Origin: Folioceros fuciformis
Taxonomy: Eukaryota
Assembly (NCBI GenBank): GCA_049999805.1
Contig: JBNGIO010006373.1
Span: 217,172 to 281,171 of the forward strand
Length of the DNA: 64,000 nucleotides
Reading direction: 5' to 3'
Shown: piece by piece, positions 1-9,900 of the stretch
Numbering within the stretch: the first letter of the stretch is position 1
How the letters are laid out: every line of letters starts with the position of its first letter
Notes under the pieces: generated by a model
What the model was told of the DNA's origin: nothing
Databases searched by the model: none
What the model saw: only the letters and a program-made list of their open reading frames with translations
Program-made: the position numbers and the translations under genes

Positions 1-687
1 CCGAAATGGCGGAATATGACCGTTTGGGTTAGACAGGGATCTATCACTTATAGTCTCACTCTTATGTGTGGTTAAAATTATGCTCTCTCTGCATCAAGAT
101 AGTAAGTAGGCCATGGATCAAACAAGTGTGTGAGAGCAGAAGGTTCTGTCACACTAGAACCCTGGTGTTTCATGCATATGGTCTGGGAAGGATGTTTTGT
201 TGAGGACATGTTGTGAAAGAAATAAAATTCTAAATCGCAACGAAATAATGCATGCCAGAATCTTTAAAAGGAGATGCAAACTCCCTCAAGCTTAGAGTCA
301 AAAAAATCAATCAAGTCAACTCATTTTCGTACAACATGCTTTCCAGACGAAGCAATGTCATTCTTGGTTTTACTTTAGAACTTCAATATAGGAGGACTTC
401 AAGAAGGCTTTACCAGCGAGAGACAGACAAGAGCTCCTATGATAATAAATTGTGCTATGATTGTCTACCGTTCCCTTTTTGAGTTGTTATATTTCTCAAT
501 TATAGAGTAAACCATAATTATTGTTGTTGATGCATAGATTCATATTAGGCTCATTAGAAAAATTAGAACTAACTACCATCATTTTATTTATTGTTGTGAA
601 GAAACAGGATACGCAAAAGTAGGAGCATGTACTATCAAATTATTTCCATGTGAAGAAGTTGAGTTGGTGAAAGTATTTGGATCACAA

Positions 688-3600
688 CTATCTATGTGTT
701 GGACTTATATCAACATGTTGTGAAAGAAATGAGTTACAAATTGCATTTGGATCATGATCACTTGTCAACGAGTCATCAACTTTCATAAAACTAGTTTGTT
801 GATGAAGAATTGGCTCGGGATCGGTAACTATAGTTGGATCATAAGAATTTACTTCATTTTCATCATCTCTAATTGAGTGATCATGTTGAGGTAGAAGAGG
901 GTCTAAAGCCTCTGAATCTGATGGCATAGGAGTCTCACTCTTTGCTCTCTCTTGGGCTATCTCATTCTTCTGTGTCCCATCTTGAACTAGTTCTTTCTGA
1001 TGCAAGAAGAAAGTTAGCAATAGACATAAAGTGTTCCCTAACATACCTCAATCCATTTGCTAGGAACCTCACACTTGCTTGTGATGCTTGTTGATCTAGG
1101 CGGTGGGCATCAAGCTCTCTTTGGGTTACCCATAGGCTTTGTGCAGCTTGATGCAAGCTTCCACGTTGCACAAAGTAGAGCACAATAGAGAAACAAAATA
1201 GACTACCCCATACTATTGGACTTCCTATCCAACGTAATACGAACCATAATTGTAGTGGGGCATTCTGCAATGGAAATTAAAGATGATTAATTTATAGCCA
1301 TGACTTTAAGATTACAGAAAACAAACGCTCTAAAGTTCTCATCGCTCACCTCTATGTACCCAACGATGGAGCCCAACATTGATTTGCTAGGAACGGGGCC
1401 ACATGCTTCCGTTGTGTTACCAAGAAATGAAGACACAGGAATTGTGCACAAGAGTAGGGCAACTGTCAAAAGACCATAAGTAACATTCGAAGTTCGAGAT
1501 ACACTGTATTTCCTTCCAGAAGGGTCACAAGTTTGCAGCATTGTCATCTACCAAACAGAAGGACAATTTTAGTGCCTTACTTGTCACTAGCCTTTGAGTT
1601 TGTGTTCAAGTGATTGTTATCCTACAATTGATTAACATCTTTTCCTAAAGGCAGTTTAATTAGCCTACGATTACCTTTTCACAGTAGAATGTGAAAGCAA
1701 TGCATATGAGCCCCAAGAAAGGGGCTGCTGGGGAGAAGCACGATCCCACCCAAATCAATGCTTGGTTATACACAACTCTTATAGCAAGATCTTCTATATC
1801 CATGACTCTCTTCCTCTTCAACATGAAACACCTGTATTAGATGAGCTAGAAGTGACAATACATGACTTATGAAATAAAATAATATACATAATTACTTTTA
1901 AAAAATAAATGGTGACAAAACCCAATAATATTCCTATCGCATTTTGGATGAGCGTATTTGTCAATAATAATCTTAGCAATTGCTTGCCTATTGCATTCTC
2001 CATGCACGATGGTATGCATGCTCCTATCTGCAAGAGCCCAAAGAATTATGGTATTTATTGATTAAAAATCATTTTTATAAACCTTGTTTAAGGATGTATT
2101 AGTATATAATATAAGCTTAAAAGAACATCCTAAAGGCTTAGAGCCTTAACAACATCAAGAATGGTATGAGTAGAACATTTTTTCTTCATGTTATGTGTGT
2201 AAACCTGACTTGTATTACAATAGTGTGTTGTTAAAGTTGATGTCAATTGTTTAACATCTGTCGGCCATAATAATGTGGTATTTGAATCGGAACAACAAAC
2301 ATAACCATTAATGGCACATTGATTTTTATAGTCGCAATTATCATAAGGTACTTCTCCAGAGTAACGAAGATGAGCATCGGTTATTAACTTGTAAAGCCTG
2401 GTTATTGAATGTTAACTTGATTATTAAGTGTTAGCTATATCTTATATACTATGTAAGCTTCAATGTGGATGATACCTAAAAAATAAGGCTGACATAAATC
2501 CTACTCGCAATGCGAATAACTTCCATACTAATATGTGCTCTGCCATTCGAGGTTTCCAGTCCGAAATTTTCACGAGATATTTTGTTAAAAGTGATCCAAG
2601 TATGTGAACTACACTTAGAATGACTGATTGTGCTAAATCAGAACCTACACAAACACCAAAATGTCAATGCCCGAAAATCCTAAAGGTTATGGAAGATTAC
2701 CATCTGTCTTCTTAAAGGAGAGAAGAAAATCCACAAAGAAAAGGAAATCACATGACCTAGTTTCCTATTAACTTCAGCGTCCTTCAATGCGAGCACAATT
2801 GTTACACTTATGGTAGTGCCAAGAACAATGGGCCAGAACACTAAGACTGCCAAGAATCTCTACAACACACACATTTGTAGTAAGTCCTTTGTGTGAAAGC
2901 GATCACAATTTGTTGATAGGGAAGAAATCTATACCTTACGGGTTTTGAAGATGGTGTGCACAACATCAGCTGGGGGGTTCACAAGATCGGATAATAGTTG
3001 ACGCATTTCCATTCGTATCCCACGCCGAAGGATCGTTGCTGTCTGTTCATCACAAAGATTAGAGGCATATAGAACTATGAAGAATGGAAACCAACAATGA
3101 AAAATGGAAGCCAACAATGAAAAATGGAAGCTAGAAAAATAGGGTTTTCCAAGCTCCAATCCCTAACCAACCGCCTTAGGGTGGATGAAGAAGTAGGTCA
3201 AGTGGTAGTACGTCGTGGGATGTTATGTGGAAATCCCAAGAAGTGAAGGAGATGGTTGCGAATGCGTAACCACTGGTTGTTTTGTAAGCGCTTTCAAAAG
3301 AACCTAGTTGCATGTTTCTCACCATCCTGCAAAATGTGAACCAAGTACCTTTGATTCCCTTAGGTTGTTAGCAGCTTGCAGCAAGTTTTCCATGACTTGC
3401 CATAACAACAAAGGTACCTGTAGGAAACAGCCACGAGGCTGGTCATGAAGGTGGAGAACACTGCAAGTGGATACATCCAGCCAACGCGGTACCAATTCTT
3501 TTGCTCGTCTCCGTAGGTGTAACCACCGTAGAGAAGGAATGTCAGATCGACCCCATTGGTCTGAGAGATAGAAATAATAGGTGAGCAAATGACTTTTATT

Positions 3601-6600
3601 ACTATTATTTTAAGAAGTGAAAGGAGATGAAGAAGAAAGGAGAGGGAAAACAATTCCTGCGAACCGAACAAAAAGCATGCGTCCATGGCGCATACATTCC
3701 ATGTCCTGTTCGGATGTGAAGAAGAGATAATGGAATTTTCACACACCTGAAGTATACCCAGAATTCCTGCACGTCTGAAGATACTCCAGCTGAAAATGCG
3801 AGGAGGTGCAATCCAAAATGGGATGATTATAAGCACAAGCCACAGAAAGGCGAGGAGGCAATTCAGAAGGAATACCCATCGCAGGAATTCGAAAGTCAGC
3901 ATGATAGCAGAACCAAAGTGGCCTTCGATAATTCGGAGATGCTCCACCCACAGACCAGAACTCTCGTGGGTTGCCTGAGGGAGAACATTCAGCTTTAGAC
4001 AACACACATTTTAGGTGCCAGATGTGCAACAAGCTCAAAGGAGTCGAGTATGGACCCCTATCGTATCTCGATAACGTTGCGACACACGCTGGAGCCAGTG
4101 ATTGAGACGGGAAGCAATGCCGGCCTTTTCTACTTCCTTCTTCCCCTCATTCTCCTCTTTTAGACGGCTCTGAAGAATCTGAATCCTTTCTTTGGCCTTC
4201 TGGATAGGAACCAATGCCTGGGGATGAAACCAGAATCCGTCATCACCACCCACCCAGAGAACTTGGACATTGCAAGCCAGCACCATGGTGTTGAGAGTGT
4301 GACTAGCAGAAGGCTATTACTCAACGAAATGGTCTACAGAAAAGGTGTTTTCTTTCAGCTGACGTTGCATACACATCCATGCCTTTATGCGGAGTTTGTC
4401 CAAAGATTGCTCCGAAAGCTTGCATTGTATCCTCTGCAGTTCAGGATACTCTGCGTAATTTGTTGGCCTCCATCTCCTCAGATCCTTCACGGCATATGGG
4501 TCAGATAATTGCCTATCATAGGTAATGGGATGTTCATCACTGATGCGTTCTTTGTCTTCCTCACCTCGCAGCTTGCCAACCTCTGACGTACTTAGGAGTT
4601 GCTGGCCAAGCGGCCAAAGACTGCTGGTTTCGGCCGTAGCGTCAGAGATCGGAACATCGCCCACGTTGTCTCGAGGTGGCCACGACTGTAGATTAGCACC
4701 CTCGTTGCTTGGAAGCAAACTTGAATGTCTCGGACTTGAGTGCAGTCCGCTTGCTTCCGGTCGTAAGTATCCCATCGTCCTGGAGTCGGGTTGGTCTGGG
4801 GGTTCAGTTTCGTTCAAAGGAGCATCACCCAGTTTACCACCTGGTGACCATGATGAGAAACGACTATCCACTCTATCTAAGAGCAAACTTGAGTGACGCG
4901 GAATTTGTCCTGAGAAATGCAGCGCGCTTTGTTCTGCCCCCAGGTGGCTCATGTTCTCGAAGTCAGGTTGGGTCGTGGAGGAATCTCGATCCAGAGGAGC
5001 ATCACCCAACTCGTCTCCATGTGACCACAATTGTGAACCATCACCCAGACTGCTGGGGAACAATCTTAACTGTTCAGCACTTTGCCTTGGAAAATGTCGA
5101 GTCCTTTGGACATTGGGATTGTCAAAGCCATGAAAATCAAGAGTTGGAGAGCCTTGCTCGGAATCGATCTGTGTTGGTGAAGGGACCCTACCAACAAAAT
5201 CTTGAGAGGACGAGGCGGAAGTGAGTCGAAAGGCTTTCTCAGGAACAAAAGGAGGCGGAGTGTGGGTGCCGTTAGCACCGTGGTCAAGTGATGCAGGAAC
5301 ACGGGACGAAGCTCTATGTGGAACTGTTTGGGATAGGCGGAAAGAAAGGGAAGAAGGACTGATGGAAGCATGGTCAGTACTCTGCGAGGCAAGGCCAGGT
5401 GAAGTAGGAGAAAGTGGAGAACCTCTCGCTGAACCTGTTTGTGATGGTCGAAACGAAGTTGTTGAGAAACTGATGTGAGCATGGTGAGTACCTTGCGAGG
5501 CAAGGCCAGGTGAAACAGGGGAAAGTGAAGAACCTCTTGCTGAACCTGTTTGGGATGGTCGAAAGGAAGCTGTTGAGAAACTGATGGGAGCATGGTCAGT
5601 ACCGTGAGAGGCAAGACCAGGTGAAGTAGGGGAAAGTGAAGAACCTCTCGGTGAACCTGTTTGGGATGGTCGAAAGGAAGCTGCTGAGAAGCTTATGGGA
5701 GCATTGTCGGTACCCTGCCAGGTAAGGCCTGGTGAATAAGGAGCATGTGAAGAACCTCTTGGTGAACCTGTTTGGGACGGTCCAAAGGAAGCTGTTGAGA
5801 AATTGACGGGAGCCTGGTCAGTGTCGTGGCATCTCTGAAATGAAGCAGCAAGTTGAGGAGGTCGAAACCCTTGCTGAGATGAAGGATTAACAGCTGCAGT
5901 AGGCGGCTGGTATACTCGGAAAGAGCGGAACCCTTGCTGGAAGGGAGAGTTTCCGGACTGATCAATTCCATCAGCTTGACACTGTTGGGGAGGTCGGAAT
6001 CCTGGTTCGGGAGGGGAGGTCGAAGAGTGAGTTATCCCAGCAGCTGGTTGAAATGCCTGGCGTGGTCGGACCCCTCCTCCTTGCAAGGAAGACTTTGCAG
6101 ACAAACTAGTACCAGCAACTGCTTGAACTTGTTGAGAAGGGCGGAACCCTAGGTGGAAGGGAGAAGTTGTGGACCGGCTGTTTAAATCTCCAGGAGCTCC
6201 TGAAAATTGTTGGGATGGGCAGAATCCTTCTTGGAAGGGAGAGTCTTCAGTCTGTGTCGATGCAGCAGCACCTTCAACCTGTTGGGATAGGCGAAACCCT
6301 ACTTGGAAGCGAGAGCTGTTAGTCTGCGTGGTTCCACCAACCGCTTGAAACTGTTGGGGTGGGCGAAACCCTCCTTCAATCTGGGCAGGACTATCCAAAG
6401 AATTGGCTTCCTCCAAAGACTCTGCAGAGCTCTTATGATCAAAAGCCGGCGGAAATAAATCCTGTCCTACTGAAACCCTGTGCCGGAGACTTGCAAGATC
6501 CAATGGCATTGGCCTGGGTGGCTCCATGGGAATCCATCTGGGTACCACCTTCTCAATCTGGATCTTTGTAGGGCGCCTTCTGCCTCCGTCACCGCCTGTT

Positions 6601-6611
6601 GACAAGGCCAT
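688..6611 (-). CDS. TMC: Transmembrane channel-like (TMC) family protein, multi-exon, with a long repetitive low-complexity N-terminus; 3' end approximate
   Basis: Minus-strand exon peptides match TMC family motifs: WVEHLRIIEGHFGSAIMLTFEFLRWVFLLN (~3860-3955), LLYGGY...YPLAV (~3450-3540), FTSWDFHI (~3215-3250), CMENAIGKQLLRLLLTN (~1955-2010), VVYNQALIWVGSCFSPAAPFL (~1710-1780), CGP (~1395). The large first coding exon lies in ORF 4317-6629; ATG at 6611 follows a tgcag acceptor-like site. Confidence 0.8.
5330..5830 (-). repeat. Coding tandem repeat, 111-bp (37-aa) unit, about 4.5 copies, within the TMC N-terminal exon
   Basis: gcgaggcaaggccaggtgaa-like motif at 5384, 5495, 5606 and 5717 (spacing 111); peptide unit TDHAPISFSTASFRPSQTGSxRGSSLSPxSPGLASQG. 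Confidence 0.9.
5850..6375 (-). repeat. Degenerate coding repeat GFRPxQQ, about 24-aa spacing, about 8 copies
   Basis: GFRPPQQ, GFRLSQQ, GFCPSQQ, GFRPSQQ, GVRPRQA, GFRPPQQ, GFRSFRV and GFRPPQL occur successively in ORF 4317-6629. Confidence 0.8.
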
Positions 6612-6859
6612 CCTCCAATGCCTGCACATGCATAATTGGCACCACCATCTATATGCATCACCACAGAATTGTCATTCTGTGGGCACATTCTCTGTGGCAA
6701 TCGGCCTTCCCACCAACAGAGACCTTCCCTTCCAAGGGAATGGCATATCAAGTAGCAAGTAGCTGATGTGAAATACTCCAGACTTTGCTGGCCGAGAAGC
6801 CCAAGCCTCACGCATGGCACCTCCTTACACATTCACCAAACTTCAAGAAAAGCAAGACT

Positions 6860-6925
6860 TCTTTATAAATTATATCCTGATATATAATGTATTTATATAA
6901 AATTAAATATAAATTAGAACATATA
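6860..6925. promoter_or_regulatory. AT-rich TATA-like core between divergent TMC and PPR gene 1 (putative bidirectional promoter)
   Basis: tttataaattatatcctgatatataatgtatttatataaaattaaatataaa lies between divergent ATGs at 6611 (-) and 6990 (+). Confidence 0.45.
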
Positions 6926-6989
6926 CCTGGTAAGGATGTGCACGAGCTGGGCATCCAGCCATGCATGGGCTCTCGTTGGAGGGTGAACG

Positions 6990-9900
6990 ATGGCCACAGC
7001 ATGGCAGCCAGACCAGTTGTGGGTCCAAGAAACTGCTGTGTGTGCAGGGATTCTGCGAGGAGCTCCTGCCCTCCTCGTCTTGGGAAGTGAACTGCTACCA
7101 AATCGAGCCTCCAGGTTCAGGAGTGTAAGGATCCCAGCACTTCCACCTTTGACAAAGTTTGTGGGTGGGGACGGGCTCTGCACAGATGGTGGCTGCCAGG
7201 AGCAGTTGTGGCAACAGCCCACCGTGTGGTGGGGCAGCAGACGAGATGAGGAGGGCTCGCCGGGGAAGGGGTCCTGGGAGGTGGGGCTCTGGGTCAAGCC
7301 AGAGTCGGGTGATGAGAAGGTCGTTTCTTTGGATATGCACATGGGTCGTGGTGCCTCTCCTTGCGAGTCCTTTTCTGGGGGTGAGACCGGATCCGGGAGG
7401 GGTGAGGAGTCGGAAGTGGGGGACAAGTGGAGTAGTGTGAGGAGCCCGGTGCTTGCAGTTCCGGGGAAATGTGTGGGCGGGGACGGGGTTTCTGACGATG
7501 GCCGTCGCCTCAAACAGCAGGAACAGGAGCAGATGTGGGAGCAGTTTTTCCTGGATCCTTCAATGTGGTGGGACAGGAGAGGAGGTAAGAAGAGCTCCCG
7601 GTCGCCTGATTTCCGGCGCAAGGGGTCCGGAGAGGTCCTGTGGTTAAACAGCATGTTCAAGCCAGCGTGGGTTGATGAGAAACTTGTTTCTTTGGATTTT
7701 CGGATGGGTGGTCATGGGGTGTCTCCTTCCAAGGCGAGCTCTCCGGGTGACTGGGGAGGTGGCAGGCGTGCAGGATCGGAAATGGGTGTCGTGACGGCTG
7801 TGAATGTGATGGCGTTTTGTCAGCAGGGGAGGCTGGTTGAGGCCGTTGGAGCCCTGGAATGTCTTGCGCACACGGACTTTTCTGTTTCTCAGTCTCTGTT
7901 CTACACTGTGCTGAAATTGTGTACGGCTAAGAAGGATTTGGTTATGGGGCGACGAGTTCATGACCTCACTGTGAAAGTAGGGTACGAGTCGGATGCATAC
8001 TTGGGGAACCATATCTTGCGCATGTATGCATGTGGAGGTAGTCTGCAAGAGGCCATGGGCGTGTTCTCCAGGGTGGCCAAACCAACTGCCTTCATGTGGT
8101 CCTCCATTATCTCCGCATATGCTAAGCATGGGAAGCCTAAGGAGGCCATACAACTCTACCATGAGATGCGCAGGTCAGGGGTGAAGGCGGATGCTCACGT
8201 CTTTGTAGCTGCCCTTCAAGCTTGTGCATTTGCCTTCGATTTGGAATCTGGCAGAGAAGTGCACAGTGACGTGTTGCACAGCGGAATTCCTGCTAACTTG
8301 TTCGTTGCCAACTGCCTGGTGGACATGTATGCAAAATGTGGCAAACTGGAAGATGCACGCCAGGTTTTTGACAGCATGGCCTCGAAGGATGTGGTGACAT
8401 GGAATGCCCTGATAGCTGGGTATGCGCAGCAAGGGTTGGGACACGAGACACTGCTTGTGTATGGACAAATGGAGCAGGAGGGCCCGCTTTTGGCCAACCA
8501 TGTTACTTTTGCTTCCCTCCTGAAGGCCTGTGCGAGCGTAGGTGCCTTACAGAAGGGCAGGGAGCTGCACTCACAGATTGTGGAAAGAGGACTGCTGGAT
8601 GACGTAGTGTTGGGCAACTGCCTGGTGGACATGTATGCAAAATGTGGTGAACTGGATAATGCGCGCCAGGTTTTTGACAGCATGGCCACAAGGGATGTGG
8701 TGACGTGTAACGCCCTGATTGCTGGGTATGCCCAGCAAGGGCTCGGACATGAGGCACTTGTTGTGTACGAACAAATGGAGCAGGAGGGCCTGCTTTTGGC
8801 TGACGATGTTACTTTTGCTTGCCTTCTCAAGGCCTGTGCGGGCACTGGTGCGTTACAGAAGGGCAGGGAGCTGCACTCACAGATTGTCAAAAGAGGATGG
8901 GTGGATGACGTAGTGTTGGGGAATTGCCTGGTGGACATGTATGCAAAATGTGGTGAATTGGGAGAAGCACACCAGGTTTTTGACAGCTTGGCCACCAAGG
9001 ATGTGGTGACATGGACTGCGCTGATTGCTGGGTATGCACAGCAAGGGCTTGGACATGAGGCACTTGTGTTGTACGGGCAAATGGAGCAGGAGGGCCTGCT
9101 GTCGGCTAATCACGTTACTTTTGCTTGCCTTCTGAAGGCCTGTGCAAGCACTGGTGCCTTACAAAAGGGCAGGCAGCTGCACTCACTGATTGCTAGAAGA
9201 GGACTGCTGGATAATGTAGTAGTGGGCACCTGCCTGGTGGACATGTACGCAAAGTGTGGTGAACTGGAAGATGCACGACAGGTTTTTGACAGTTTGGCTA
9301 CAAAGAATGTGGTGACATGGAATGCCCTGATTGCTGGGTATGCACAGCAAGGATACGGCCAAGAGGCACTTGTCGTGTATGCACAAATGGAGGAGGCAGG
9401 CCTCATCTTGGCCGATGGTGTTACGTTTGCGTGCCTTCTGAAGGCCTGTGGAATCGCTGGTGCCTTACAGAAGGGCAGGCAGCTGCACTCACTGATAGTC
9501 GAAAGAGGACTGCTGGATGACGGAATGGTGGGTACCTGCCTGGTGGACATGTATGCAAAGTGTGGCGAACTGGAAGATGCACGCCAGGTTTTTGACAGCT
9601 TGGGCACAAAGAATTTGGTGACGTGGACCTCCTTGATCGCTGGATATGTACAGCAAGGACTCGGCCTAGAAGCGCTTGTTGTGTATGGACAAATGCAGGA
9701 GGCGGGCCTCATTTTGGCTGATGAGGTGACTTTTGCCTGTCTCCTGAAGGCCTGTGCGAGCACTAGAGCTTTACAGGAGGGCAGGCAGCTGCACTTGCAG
9801 ATTGTCGACAGAGGACTCCTGGATGACGTTGTGGTGGGCACCTGCCTGGTGGACATGTATGCAAAATGCGGTGAACTGGAAGATGCACGCCAGGTTTTCG

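Noticed and set aside
3085-3131. Short tandem duplication (ccaacaatgaaaaatggaag x2)
   Set aside because: Intronic micro-duplication with no evident function.
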